A stretch of DNA of 64,000 nucleotides from Eledone cirrhosa. Taxonomy: Eukaryota. The stretch is from NCBI GenBank assembly GCA_964016885.1, contig OZ024740.1, positions 413,478,001 to 413,542,000 on the forward strand. The letters run 5' to 3'. Shown in pieces: positions 1 to 15,200 of the stretch. Under the pieces are notes generated by a model. It made no database searches and had not been told where the DNA came from. It worked only from the letters and a program-made list of their open reading frames with translations. A program made the position numbers and the translations under genes. Every line of letters starts with the position of its first letter. Positions within the stretch are counted from its first letter, which is position 1.

Positions 1-3000
1 ACAACTTCAGTCTTACTCTATATTATCAGTAAGTGAAACAACTTCAGTCTTACTCTATATTATCTGTAAGTGAAACAACTTCAGTCTTACTCTATATTAT
101 CAGTAAGTGAAACAACTTCAGTCTTACTCTATATTATCAGTAAGTGAAACAACTTCAGTGTTACTCTTATATTATCAGTAAGTGAAACAAATTCAGTCTT
201 ACTTTATATTATCAGAAAGTGAAACAACTTCAGTCATACTCTATAATATCAGTAAGTGAAACAACTTCAGTCATACTCTATAATATCAGTATGTGAAACA
301 GCTTCAGTGTTACTCGATATTATCAGTAAGTGAAACAACTTCAGTCTTACTCTATATTATCATTAAGTGAAAAAGCATCAGTCTTACTCTATATTATCAG
401 AAAGTGAAACAACTTCAGTCTTACTCTATAATATCAGTAAGTGAAACAACTTCTGTCGTACTCTATAATATCAGTAAAGTGAAACAACTTCAGTGTTAGT
501 CTATATTATCAGTAAGAGAAACAACTTCAGTGTTACTCTATTTTATCAGTAAGTGAAACAACTTCAGTCTTACTCTATTTTATCAGTAAGTCAAACAACT
601 TCAGTCTTAATCTATATTATCAGGAAGTGAAACAATTTCAGTCTTACCCTTATAATATCAGTAAGTGACACAACTTCAGTCTTGTTTGATATCAGTAAGT
701 GAAACAACTTCAGCCTTACTCTATATTATCAGTAAGTGAAACAACTTCAGTCTTACTCTATAATATCTGTAAGTGAAACAGCTTCAGTGTTACTCTTATA
801 TTATCAGTAACTGAAACAACTTCAGTCTTACTCTGTAATATCAGTAAGTGAAACAACTTCAGTCTTGTTTGATATCAGTAAGTGAAACAACTTCAGCCTT
901 ACTCTATAATATCAGTGAGTAAAACAACTTCAGTCTTACTCAATATTATCAGTAAGTGAAACAACTTCAGTCTTACTCAATATTATCAGTACGTGTAACA
1001 ACTTCACCCTTGCTCTATATTATCAGTAAGTGAAACAACTTCAGTCTTGCTTTATATCAGTAAGTGAAACAACTTCAGCCTTACTCTATAATATCAGTAA
1101 GTGAAACAACTTCAGTCTTACTCTATATTATCAGTAAGTGAAACAACTTCAGGGTTACTCTTATATTATCAGTAAGTGAAACAATTCAGTCTTACTTTAT
1201 AATATCAGTAAGTGAAACAACTTCAGTCATACTCTATAATATCAGTATGTGAAAAAGCTTCACTGTTACTCTATATTATCAGAAAGTGAAACAACTTCAG
1301 TCATACTCTATTATATCAATAGGTGAAACAGCTTCAGTGTTACTCTATATTATCTGTAAGTGAAACAACTTCAGTCTTACTCTATAATATCAGTAAGTGA
1401 AACAACTTCAGTCATACTCTATAATATCAGTATGTGAAACAGCTTCAGTGTTACTCGATATTATCAGTAAGTGAAACAACTTCAGTCTTACTCTATATTA
1501 TCATTAAGTGAAAAAGCATCAGTCTTACTCTATATTATCAGAAAGTGAAACAACTTCAGTCTTACTCTATAATATCAGTAAGTGAAACAACTTCTGTCGT
1601 ACTCTATAATATCAGTAAGTGAAACAACTTCAGTGTTAGTCTATATTATCAGTAAGAGAAACAACTTCAGTGTTACTCTATTTTATCAGTAAGTGAAACA
1701 ACTTCAGCCTTACTCTATTTTATCAGTAAGTCAATCAACTTCAGTCTTAATCTATATTATCAGGAAGTGAAACAACTTCAGTCTTACTCTATATTATCAG
1801 TAAGTCATACAACTTCAGTCTGACCCTATATTATCAGTAAGTGAAACAACTTCAGTCTTACTCTATATTATCAGTAAGTCATACAACTTCAGTCTGACTC
1901 TATATTATCAGTAAGTGAAACAACTTCAGTCTTACTCTATATTATCAGTAAGTCATACAACTTCAGTCTGACTCTATATTATCAGAAAGTGAAACAACTT
2001 CAGTCTTACTCTATTTTATCAGTAAGTCATACAACTTCAGTCTGACTCTATATTATCAATAAGTGAAACAACTTCAGTCTTACTCTATAATATCAGTCAG
2101 TGAAAAACTTCAGTCTTACTCTATATTATCAGAAAGTGAAACAACTTCAGTCTTACCCTATAATATCAGTGAGTGAAACAACTTCAGTCGTACTCTGTAT
2201 TATAAGTAAGTGAAACAACTTCAGTCTTACTCAATATTATCAGTAAGTGAAACAACTTCAGTCTTACTCAATATTATCAGTAAGTGAAACAACTTCAGTC
2301 TTACTCTATATTATCAGTAAGTGAAACAACTTCAGTCTTAATCTATATTATCAGTAAGTGAAACAACTTCAGTCTTACTCTATATTATCAGTAAGTGAAA
2401 CAACTTCAGTGTTACTCAATATTATCAGTACGTGTAACAACTTCAGTCTTACTCTATAATATCAGTAAGTTAAACAACTTCAGTCTTGCTCTATATTATC
2501 AGTAAGTGAAAGAACTTCAGTCTTAATCTATATTATCAGTAAGTGAAACAACTTCAGTGTTACTCTATATTATCATTAAGTGAAACAGCTTCAGCGTTAC
2601 TCTATATTATCAGTAAGTGAAACAACTTCAGTCTTACTCTATATTATCATTAAGTGAAAGAGCATCAGTCTTACTCTGTATTATCAGTAAGTGAAACAAC
2701 TTCAGTCTTACTCTATATTATCATTAAGTGAAACAACTTCAGTCTTACTTTATATTATCAGTAAGTGAAACAAATTCAGCCTTACTCTATATAATTAGAA
2801 AGTGAAACAACTTCAGTCTTACTCTATAATATCAGTAAGTGATACAATTTCAGTCTTACTCTATAATAACAGTAAGTGAAACAACTTCATGTTTACTCTA
2901 TAATATCAGTGAGTGAAACAACTTCAGTCTTACAATATAATATCAGTAAGTGAAACAACTTCAGTCTTGCTCTATATTATCAGTAAGTGAAACAACTTCA

Positions 3001-3496
3001 TGTTTACTCTATAATATCATTAAGTGAAACAACTTCGGTCTTACTCTATATTATCAGTAAGTGAAACTACTTCAGTCTTACTATATATTAACAGTAAATG
3101 AAACAACTTCAGTCTTACTCTATAATATCAGTGAGTGCAACAACTTCAGTCTTACTCTATATTATCAGAAAGTGAAACAACTTCAGTCTTACTCAATATT
3201 ATCAGTAAGTGAAACAACTTCAGTCTTACTCAATATTATCAGTACGTGTAACAATTTCAGTCTTACTCTATAATATCAGTGAGTGAAACAACTTCAGTCT
3301 TACTCAATAATATCAGTGAGTGAAACAACTTCAGTCTTACTCAATATTATCAGTAAGTGAAACAACTTCAGTCTTACTCAATATTATCAGTACGTGTAAC
3401 AACTTCAGCCTAACTTTATATTATCAGTAAATGAAACAACTTCAGTCTTACTCTGTAATATCAGTAAGTGAAACAGCATCAGTGTTACTCTATATT

Positions 3497-3705
3497 TGTT
3501 TCTACTTTTAGGCACAAGGCCAGCAATAACCCAGTACATTACTGGTACTTTATTTTATCGACCCCGTAAGAATGAAAGGCAAAGTCAACCTCGGCGGGAC
3601 TTGAACTCCATCGTAAAGGGACGTAACAAAGCTGGAAAGCATGGCGTCCGATCCTCTAACGATACTGTCAATCCACCACCTACCTATACTGCCAATCCAC
3701 CGCCT
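3497..3705 (-). mobile_element. tRNA-derived SINE in satellite (copy 1), with 14-bp target-site duplication
   Basis: TGTTACTCTATATT flanks it at 3483-3496 and 3706-3719. The minus strand shows an A-box-like GGTGGATTGGCAG, a B-box-like GAGTTCAAGTCCC and the core GACTTTGCCTTTCATTCTTACGGGGTCGATAAAATAAAGTACCAG. It is homologous to 61085-61275. Confidence 0.9.
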
Positions 3706-6009
3706 TGTTACTCTATATTATCAGTAAGTCATACAACTTCAGTCTCACTCTATATTATCAGTAAGTGAAACAACTTCAGTCTTACTCTATATTATCAGTA
3801 AGTGAAACAACTTCAGTCTTGTTTTATATCAGTAAGTGAAACAACTTCAGCCTTACTCTATAATATCAGTAAGTGAAACAACTTCAGCCTTACTCTATAT
3901 TATCAGTAAGTGAAACAACTTCAGTCTTGTTTCATATCAGTAAGTGAAACAACTTCAGCCTTACTCTATATTATCAGTAAGTGAAACAACTTCAGTCTTA
4001 CTCTATTTTATCAGTAAGTCAAACAACTTCAGTCTTAATCTATATTATCAGGAAGTGAAACAATTTCAGTCTTACTCTATATTATCAGTAAGTGAAACAA
4101 CTTCAGTCTTACTCTATAATATCTGTAAGTGAAACAACTTCAGTCTTACTCTATATTATCAGTAAGTGAAACAACTTCAGTGTTACTCTTATATTATCAG
4201 TAAGTGAAACAATTTCAGTCTTACTCTATATTATCAGTAAGTGAAACAACTTCAGTCTTACTCTATATTATCAGTAAGTGAAACAACTTCAGTGTTACTC
4301 TTATATTATCAGGAAGTGAAACAATTTCAGTCTTACTCTATATTATCAGTAAGTGAAACAACTTCAGTCTTACTCTATAATATCAGTAAGTGAAACAATT
4401 TCAGTCTTACTCTATATTATCAGTAAGTGAAACAACTTCAGTCTTACTTAATAATATCACAAAGTGAAACAACTTCAGTCATACTCTATAATATCAGTAG
4501 GTGAAACAGCTTCAGTGTTACTCTATATTATCAGTAAGTGAAACAACTTCAGTCTTACTCTATATTATCATTAAGTGAAACAGCATCAGTCTTACTCTGT
4601 ATTATCAGTAGGTGAAACAACTTCAGTCTTACTCTATATTATCAGTAAGTGAAACAACTTCAGCCTTACTCTATATAATTAGAAAGTGAAACAAATTCAG
4701 TCTTACTCTATTTTATCAGTAAGTGAAGCAACTTCAGTCTTACTCTATATTATCAGTAAGTGAAACAAATTCAGTCTTACTCTATAATATCAGTAAGTGA
4801 CACAACTTCAGTCTTACTCTATAATAACAGTAAGTGAAACAACTTCATGTTTACTCTATAATATCAGTGAGTGAAACAACTTCAGTCTTACTCTATAATA
4901 TCAGTAAGTGAAACAACTTCAGTCTTACTCTATAATATCAGTAAGTGATACAATTTCAGTCTTACTCTATAATAACAGTAAGTGAAACAACTTCATGTTT
5001 ACTCTATAATATCAGTGAGTGAAACAACTTCAGTCTTACTCTATAATATCAGTGAGTGAAACAACTTCAGTCTTACTCTATAATATCATTAAGTGAAACA
5101 ACTTCGGTCTTACTCTATATTATCAGTAAGTGAAACTACTTCAGTCTTACTATATATTAACAGTAAATGAAACAACTTCAGTCTTACTCTATAATATCAG
5201 TGAGTGCAACAACTTCAGTCTTACTCTATATTATCAGAAAGTGAAACAACTTCAGTCTTACTCAATATTATCAGTAAGTGAAACAACTTCAGTCTTACTC
5301 AATATTATCAGTACGTGTAACAATTTCAGTCTTACTCTATAATATCAGTGAGTGAAACAACTTCAGTCTTACTCAATAATATCAGTGAGTGAAACAACTT
5401 CAGTCTTACTCAATATTATCAGTAAGTGAAACAACTTCAGTCTTACTCAATATTATCAGTACGTGTAACAACTTCAGCCTAACATTATATTATCAGTAAA
5501 TGAAACGACTTCCGTCTTACTCTATATTATCAGTAAGTGAAACAACTTCAGTCTTACTCTGTAATATCAGTAAGTGAAACAACTTCAGGCATACTCTATA
5601 ATATCAGTAAGTGAAACAGCTTCAGTGTTACTCTATATTATCAGAAAGTGAAACAACTTCAGGCATACTCTATAATATCAGTAAGTGAAACAGCTTCAGT
5701 GTTACTCTATATTATCAGAAAGTGAAACAACTTCAGTCATACTCTATAATATCAGTAAGTGAAACAGCTTCAGTGTTACTCTATATTATCAGAAAGTGAA
5801 ACAACTTCAGTGTTACTCTATAATATCAGAAAGTGAAACAGCTTCAGTGTTACTCTATATTATCAGTAAGTGAAACAACTTCAGTGTTACTCTATAATAT
5901 CAGTAAGTGAAACAACTTCAGACTTACTCTATATTATCAGTAAGTGAAACAACTTCAGTCTTACTCTGTAATATCAGTAAGTGAAACAGCATCAGTGTTA
6001 CTCTATATT

Positions 6010-6218
6010 TGTTTCTACTTTTAGGCACAAGGCCAGCAATAACCCAGTACATTACTGGTACTTTATTTTATCGACCCCGTAAGAATGAAAGGCAAAGTCA
6101 ACCTCGGCGGGACTTGAACTCCATCGTAAAGGGACGTAACAAAGCTGGAAAGCATGGCGTCCGATCCTCTAACGATACTGCTAATCCACCACCTACCTAT
6201 ACTGCCAATTCACCGCCT
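6010..6218 (-). mobile_element. SINE in satellite (copy 2)
   Basis: Near-identical to 3497-3705, with the same junctions. Confidence 0.9.
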
Positions 6219-7300
6219 TGTTACTCTATATTATCAGTAAGTCATACAACTTCAGTCTCACTCTATATTATCAGTAAGTGAAACAACTTCAGTCTTACTC
6301 TATATTATGAGTAAGTGAAACAACTTCAGTCTTGTTTTATATCAGTAAGTGAAACAACTTCAGCCTTACTCTATAATATCAGTAAGTGAAACAACTTCAG
6401 CCTTACTCTATATTATCAGTAAGTGAAACAACTTCAGTCTTGTTTTATATCAGTAAGTGAAACAACTTCAGCCTTACTCTATATTATCAGTAAGTGAAAC
6501 AACTTCAGTCTTACTCTATTTTATCAGTAAGTCAAACAACTTCAGTCTTAATCTATATTATCAGGAAGTGAAACAATTTCAGTCTTACTCTATATTATCA
6601 GTAAGTGAAACAACTTCAGTCTTACTCTATAATATCTGTAAGTGAAACAACTTCAGTCTTACTCTATATTATCAGTAAGTGAAACAACTTCAGTGTTACT
6701 CTTATATTATCATTAAGTGAAACAATTTCAGTCTTACTCTATATTATCAGTAAGTGAAACAACTTCAGTCTTACTTAATAATATCACAAAGTGAAACAAC
6801 TTCAGTCATACTCTATAATATCAGTAGGTGAAACAGCTTCAGTGTTACTCTATATTATCAGTAAGTGAAACAACTTCAGTCTTACTCTATATTATCATTA
6901 AGTGAAACAGCATCAGTCTTACTCTGTATTATCAGTAGGTGAAACAACTTCAGTCTTACTCTATATTATCATTAAGTGAAACAACTTCAGTCTTACTCTA
7001 TATTATCATTAAGTGAAACAACTTCAGTCTTACTTTATATTATCAGTAAGTGAAACAACTTCAGCCTTACTCTATATAATTAGAAAGTGAAACAACTTCA
7101 GTCTTACTCTATTTTATCAGTAAGTGAAGCAACTTCAGTCTTACTCTATATTATCAGTAAGTGAAACAAATTCAGTCTTACTCTATAATATCAGTAAGTG
7201 AAACAACTTCAGTCTTACTCTATATTATCAGTAAGTGAAACAACTTCAGTCTTACTCTGTAATATCAGTAAGTGAAACAGCATCAGTGTTACTCTATATT

Positions 7301-7509
7301 TGTTTCTACTTTTAGGCACAAGGCCAGCAATAACCCAGTACATTACTGGTACTTTATTTTATCGACCCCGTAAAAATGAAACGCAAAGTCAACCTCGGCG
7401 GGACTTGAACTCCATCGTAAAGGGACGTAACAAAGCTGGAAAGCATGGCGTCCGATCCTCTAACGATACTGTCAATCCACCACCTACCTATACTGCCAAT
7501 CCACCGCCT
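7301..7509 (-). mobile_element. SINE in satellite (copy 3)
   Basis: Near-identical to 3497-3705, with the same junctions. Confidence 0.9.
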
Positions 7510-9331
7510 TGTTACTCTATATTATCAGTAAGTCATACAACTTCAGTCTCACTCTATATTATCAGTAAGTGAAACAACTTCTGTCTTACTCTATATTATC
7601 AGTAAGTGAAACAACTTCAGTCATACTCTATATTATCAGTAAGTGAAACAACTTCAGACTTACTCTTATAATATCAGTAAGTGAAACAACTTCAGTCTTG
7701 CTTTATATCAGTAAGTGAAACAACTTCAGCCTTACTCTATAATATCAGTAAGTGAAACAACTTCAGCCTTACTCTATATTATCAGTAAGTGAAACAACTT
7801 CAGTCTTGTTTTATATCAGTAAGTGAAACAACTTCAGCCTTACTCTATATTATCAGTAAGTGAAACAACTTCAGTCTTACTCTATTTTATCAGTAAGTCA
7901 AACAACTTCAGTCTTAATCTATATTATCAGGAAGTGAAACAATTTCAGTCTTACTCTATATTATCAGTAAGTGAAACAACTTCAGTCTTACTCTATAATA
8001 TCTGTAAGTGAAACAACTTCAGTCTTACTCTATATTATCAGTAAGTGAAACAACTTCAGTCTTACTTAATATTATCACAAAGTGAAACAACTTCAGTCAT
8101 ACTCTATAATATCAGTAGGTGAAACAGCTTCAGTGTTACTCTATATTATCAGTAAGTGAAACAACTTCAGTCTTACTCTATATTATCATTAAGTGAAACA
8201 GCATCAGTCTTACTCTGTATTATCAGTAGGTGAAACAACTTCAGTCTTACTCTATATTATCATTAAATGAAACAACTTCAGTCTTACTCTATATTATCAT
8301 TAAGTGAAACAACTTCAGTCTTACTTTATATTATCAGTAAGTGAAACAACTTCAGCCTTACTCTATATAATTAGAAAGTGAAACAACTTCAGTCTTACTC
8401 TATTTTATCAGTAAGTGAAGCAACTTCAGTCTTACTCTATATTATCAGTAAGTGAAACAAATTCAGTCTTACTCTATAATATCAGTAAGTGAAACAACTT
8501 CATGTTTACTCTATAATATCAGTAAGTGAAACAACTTCAGTCATACTCTATAATATCAGTAAGTGAAACAACTTCAGTCTTACACTATAATATCAGTAAG
8601 TGAAACAACTTCAGTCATACTCTATAATATCAGTAAGTGATACAACTTCAGTCTTACTCTATAATATCAGTAAGTCATACAACTTCATTCTCACTCTATA
8701 TTATCAGTAAGTGAAACAACTTCAGTCTTACTCTGTATTATCAGTAAGTAAAACAACTTCAGTCTTACTCTATATTATCAGTAAGTGAAACAACTTCAGC
8801 CTAACATTATATTATCAGTAAATGAAACGACTTCCGTCTTACTCTATATTATCAGTAAGTGAAACAACTTCAGTCTTACTCTGTAATATCAGTAAGTGAA
8901 ACAACTTCAGGCATACTCTATAATATCAGTAAGTGAAACAGCTTCAGTGTTACTCTATATTATCAGAAAGTGAAACAACTTCAGGCATACTCTATAATAT
9001 CAGTAAGTGAAACAGCTTCAGTGTTACTCTATATTATCAGAAAGTGAAACAACTTCAGTCATACTCTATAATATCAGTAAGTGAAACAGCTTCAGTGTTA
9101 CTCTATATTATCAGAAAGTGAAACAACTTCAGTGTTACTCTATAATATCAGAAAGTGAAACAGCTTCAGTGTTACTCTATATTATCAGTAAGTGAAACAA
9201 ATTCAGTGTTACTCTATAATATCAGTAAGTGAAACAACTTCAGACTTACTCTATATTATCAGTAAGTGAAACAACTTCAGTCTTACTCTGTAATATCAGT
9301 AAGTGAAACAGCATCAGTGTTACTCTATATT

Positions 9332-9540
9332 TGTTTCTACTTTTAGGCACAAGGCCAGCAATAACCCAGTACATTACTGGTACTTTATTTTATCGACCCC
9401 GTAAGAATGAAAGGCAAAGTCAACCTCGGCGGGACTTGAACTCCATCGTAAAGGGACGTAACAAAGCTGGAAAGCATGGCGTCCGATCCTCTAACGATAC
9501 TGCCAATCCACCACCTACCTATACTGCCAATTCACCGCCT
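9332..9540 (-). mobile_element. SINE in satellite (copy 4)
   Basis: Near-identical to 6010-6218 (offset 3322), including the AATTCACC variant. Confidence 0.9.
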
Positions 9541-10622
9541 TGTTACTCTATATTATCAGTAAGTCATACAACTTCAGTCTCACTCTATATTATCAGTAAG
9601 TGAAACAACTTCAGTCTTACTCTATATTATGAGTAAGTGAAACAACTTCAGTCTTGTTTTATATCAGTAAGTGAAACAACTTCAGCCTTACTCTATAATA
9701 TCAGTAAGTGAAACAACTTCAGCCTTACTCTATATTATCAGTAAGTGAAACAACTTCAGTCTTGTTTTATATCAGTAAGTGAAACAACTTCAGCCTTACT
9801 CTATATTATCAGTAAGTGAAACAACTTCAGTCTTACTCTATTTTATCAGTAAGTCAAACAACTTCAGTCTTAATCTATATTATCAGGAAGTGAAACAATT
9901 TCAGTCTTACTCTATATTATCAGTAAGTGAAACAACTTCAGTCTTACTCTATAATATCTGTAAGTGAAACAACTTCAGTCTTACTCTATATTATCAGTAA
10001 GTGAAACAACTTCAGTGTTACTCTTATATTATCATTAAGTGAAACAATTTCAGTCTTACTCTATATTATCAGTAAGTGAAACAACTTCAGTCTTACTTAA
10101 TAATATCACAAAGTGAAACAACTTCAGTCATACTCTATAATATCAGTAGGTGAAACAGCTTCAGTGTTACTCTATATTATCAGTAAGTGAAACAACTTCA
10201 GTCTTACTCTATATTATCATTAAGTGAAACAGCATCAGTCTTACTCTGTATTATCAGTAGGTGAAACAACTTCAGTCTTACTCTATATTATCATTAAGTG
10301 AAACAACTTCAGTCTTACTCTATATTATCATTAAGTGAAACAACTTCAGTCTTACTTTATATTATCAGTAAGTGAAACAACTTCAGCCTTACTCTATATA
10401 ATTAGAAAGTGAAACAACTTCAGTCTTACTCTATTTTATCAGTAAGTGAAGCAACTTCAGTCTTACTCTATATTATCAGTAAGTGAAACAAATTCAGTCT
10501 TACTCTATAATATCAGTAAGTGAAACAACTTCAGTCTTACTCTATATTATCAGTAAGTGAAACAACTTCAGTCTTACTCTGTAATATCAGTAAGTGAAAC
10601 AGCATCAGTGTTACTCTATATT

Positions 10623-10807
10623 TGTTTCTACTTTTAGGCACAAGGCCAGCAATAACCCAGTACATTACTGGTACTTTATTTTATCGACCCCGTAAGAATG
10701 AAAGGCAAAGTCAACCTCGGCGGGACTTGAACTCCATCGTAAAGGGACGTAACAAAGCTGGAAAGCATGGCGTCCAATCCTCTAACGATACTGCCAATCC
10801 ACCGCAT
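10623..10807 (-). mobile_element. SINE in satellite (copy 5), lacking the 24-bp head duplication
   Basis: Same junctions, but only one GATACTGCCAATCCACC unit. Confidence 0.9.
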
Positions 10808-12042
10808 TGTTACTCCATATTATCAGTAAGTCATACAGCTTCAGTCTTACTCTATATTATCAGTAAGTGAAACAACTTCAGTCATACTTAATATTATCAT
10901 TAAGTGAAACAACTTCAGTCTTACTCTATAATATCAGTAGGTGAAACAGCTTCAGCGTTACTCTATATTATCAGTAAGTGAAACAACTTCAGTCTTACTC
11001 TATATTATCATTAAGTGAAACAAATTCAGTCTTACTCTATAATATCAGTAAGTGATACAATTTCAGTCTTACTCTATAATAACAGTAAGTGAAACAACTT
11101 CATGTTTACTCTATAATATCAGTAAGTGAAATAACTTCAGTCTTACTCTATATTATCATTAAGTGAAACAACTTCAGTCTTACTCTATAATATCTGTAAG
11201 TGAAACAACTTCAGTCTTACTCTATAATATCAGTAAGTGATACAATTTCAGTCTCATTCTATAATAACAGTAAGTGAAACAACTTCATGTTTACTCTATA
11301 ATATCAGTAAGTGAAACAACTTCTATCTTACTCTATAATATCAGTAAGTGAAACAACTTCATGTTTACTCTATAATATCAGTAAGTGAAACAACTTCAGC
11401 CTTACTCTATATTATCAGTAAGTGAAACTACTTCAGTCTTACTCTATATTAACAGTAAATGAAACAACTTCAGTCTTACTCTATAATATCAGTGAGTGAA
11501 ACAACTTCAGTCTTACTCTATATTATCAGAAAGTGAAACAACTTCAGTCTTACTCAATATTATCAGTAAGTGAAACAACTTCAGTCTTACTCAATATTAT
11601 CAGTACGTGTAACAACTTCAGTCTTACTCTATAATATCAGTGAGTGAAACAACTTCAGTCTTACTCTATAATATCAGTGAGTGAAACAACTTCAGTCTTA
11701 CTCAATATTATCAGTACGTGTAACAACTTCACCCTTACTCTATATTATCAGTAAGTGAAACGACTTCCGTCTTACTCTATATTATCAGTAAGTGAAACAA
11801 CTTCAGTCTTACTCTGTAATATCAGAAAGTGAAACAACTTCAGTCATACTCTATAATATCAGTAAGTGAAACAGCTTCAGTGTTACTCTATATTATCAGA
11901 AAGTGAAACAACTTCAGTCATACTCTATAATATCAGTAAGTGAAACAGCTTCAGTGTTACTCTATATTATCAGTAAGTGAAACAACTTCAGTCTTGCTCT
12001 TTAATATCAGTAAGTGAAACAGCATCAGTGTTACTCTATATT

Positions 12043-12251
12043 TGTTTCTACTTTTAGGCACAAGGCCAGCAATAACCCAGTACATTACTGGTACTTTATT
12101 TTATCGACCCCGTAAGAATGAAAGGCAAAGTCAACCTCGGCGGGACTTGAACTCCATCGTAAAGGGACGTAACAAAGCTGGAAAGCATGGCGTCCAATCC
12201 TCTAGCGATACTGCCAATGCACCACCTACCTATACTGCCAATCCACCGCCT
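12043..12251 (-). mobile_element. SINE in satellite (copy 6)
   Basis: Near-identical to copy 1, with the same junctions. Confidence 0.9.
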
Positions 12252-15200
12252 TGTTACTCTATATTATCAGTAAGTCATACAACTTCAGTCTCACTCTATA
12301 TTATCAGTAAGTGAAACAACTTCAGTCTGACTCTATATTATCAGTAAGTGAAACAACTTCAGTCTTACTCTATATTATCAGTAAGTGAAACAACTTCAGT
12401 CATACTCTATATTATCAGTAAGTGAAACAACTTCAGACTTACACTTATAATATCAGTAAGTGAAACAACTTCAGTCTTGCTTTATATCAGTAAGTGAAAC
12501 AACTTCAGCCTTACTCTATAATATCAGTAAGTGAAACAACTTCAGCCTTACTCTATATTATCAGTAAGTGAAACAACTTCAGTCTTGCTTTATATCAGTA
12601 AGTGAAACAACTTCAGCCTTACTCTATAATATCAGTAAGTGAAACAACTTCAGCCTTACTCTATATTATCAGTAAGTGAAACAACTTCAGTCTTGCTTTA
12701 TATCAGTAAGTGAAACAACTTCAGCCTTACTCTATATTATCATTAAGTGAAAAAGCATCAGTCTTACTCTATATTATCAGAAAGTGAAACAACTTCAGTC
12801 TTACTCTATAATATCAGTAAGTGAAACAACTTCTGTCGTACTCTATAATATCAGTAAGTGAAACAACTTCAGTGTTACTCTATTTTATCAGTAAGTGAAA
12901 CAACTTCAGTCTTACTCTATTTTATCAGTAAGTCAAACAACTTCAGTCTTAATCTATATTATCAGGAAGTGAAACAATTTCAGTCTTACCCTTATAATAT
13001 CAGTAAGTGACACAACTTCAGTCTTGTTTGATATCAGTAAGTGAAACAACTTCAGCCTTACTCTATATTATCAGTAAGTGAAACAATTCAGTCTTACTTT
13101 ATAATATCAGAAAGTGAAACAACTTCAGTCATACTCTATTATATCAATAGGTGAAACAGCTTCAGTGTTACTCTATATTATCTGTAAGTGAAACAACTTC
13201 AGTCTTACTCTATAATATCAGTAAGTGAAACAACTTCATCTTACTCTATATTATCTGTAAGTGAAACAACTTCAGTCTTACTCTATATTATCAGTAAGTG
13301 AAACAACTTCAGTCTTACTCTATATTATCAGTAAGTGAAACAACTTCAGTGTTACTCTTATATTATCAGTAAGTGAAACAAATTCAGTCTTACTTTATAT
13401 TATCAGAAAGTGAAACAACTTCAGTCATACTCTATAATATCAGTAAGTGAAACAACTTCAGTCATACTCTATAATATCAGTATGTGAAACAGCTTCAGTG
13501 TTACTCGATATTATCAGTAAGTGAAACAACTTCAGTCTTACTCTATATTATCATTAAGTGAAAAAGCATCAGTCTTACTCTATATTATCAGAAAGTGAAA
13601 CAACTTCAGTCTTACTCTATAATATCAGTAAGTGAAACAACTTCTGTCGTACTCTATAATATCAGTAAGTGAAACAACTTCAGTGTTACTCTATTTTATC
13701 AGTAAGTGAAACAACTTCAGTCTTACTCTATTTTATCAGTAAGTCAAACAACTTCAGTCTTAATCTATATTATCAGGAAGTGAAACAATTTCAGTCTTAC
13801 CCTTATAATATCAGTAAGTGACACAACTTCAGTCTTGTTTGATATCAGTAAGTGAAACAACTTCAGCCTTACTCTATATTATCAGTAAGTGAAACAACTT
13901 CTGTCTTACTCTATAATATCTGTAAGTGAAACAGCTTCAGTGTTACTCTTATATTATCAGTAACTGAAACAACTTCAGTCTTGTTTGATATCAGTAAGTG
14001 AAACAACTTCAGTCTTACTCAATATTATCAGTACGTGTAACAACTTCACCCTTGCTCTATATTATCAGTAAGTGAAACAACTTCAGTCTTGCTTTATATC
14101 AGTAAGTGAAACAACTTCAGCCTTACTCTATAATATCAGTAAGTGAAACAACTTCAGCCTTACTCTATAATATCAGTAAGTGAAACAACTTCAGGGTTAC
14201 TCTTATATTATCAGTAAGTGAAACAATTCAGTCTTACTTTATAATATCAGTAAGTGAAACAACTTCAGTCATACTCTATAATATCAGTATGTGAAAAAGC
14301 TTCACTGTTACTCTATATTATCAGAAAGTGAAACAACTTCAGTCATACTCTATTATATCAATAGGTGAAACAGCTTCAGTGTTACTCTATATTATCTGTA
14401 AGTGAAACAACTTCAGTCTTACTCTATAATATCAGTAAGTGAAACAACTTCATCTTACTCTATATTATCTGTAAGTGAAACAACTTCAGTCTTACTCTAT
14501 ATTATCAGTAAGTGAAACAACTTCAGTCTTACTCTATATTATCAGTAAGTGAAACAACTTCAGTGTTACTCTTATATTATCAGTAAGTGAAACAAATTCA
14601 GTCTTACTTTATATTATCAGAAAGTGAAACAACTTCAGTCATACTCTATAATATCAGTAAGTGAAACAACTTCAGTCATACTCTATAATATCAGTATGTG
14701 AAACAGCTTCAGTGTTACTCGATATTATCAGTAAGTGAAACAACTTCAGTCTTACTCTATATTATCATTAAGTGAAAAAGCATCAGTCTTACTCTATATT
14801 ATCAGAAAGTGAAACAACTTCAGTCTTACTCTATAATATCAGTAAGTGAAACAACTTCTGTCGTACTCTATAATATCAGTAAGTGAAACAACTTCAGTGT
14901 TACTCTATTTTATCAGTAAGTGAAACAACTTCAGTCTTACTCTATTTTATCAGTAAGTCAAACAACTTCAGTCTTAATCTATATTATCAGGAAGTGAAAC
15001 AATTTCAGTCTTACCCTTATAATATCAGTAAGTGACACAACTTCAGTCTTGTTTGATATCAGTAAGTGAAACAACTTCAGCCTTACTCTATATTATCAGT
15101 AAGTGAAACAACTTCAGTCTTGTTTGATATCAGTAAGTGAAACAACTTCAGCCTTACTCTATAATATCAGTGAGTAAAACAACTTCAGTCTTACTCAATA

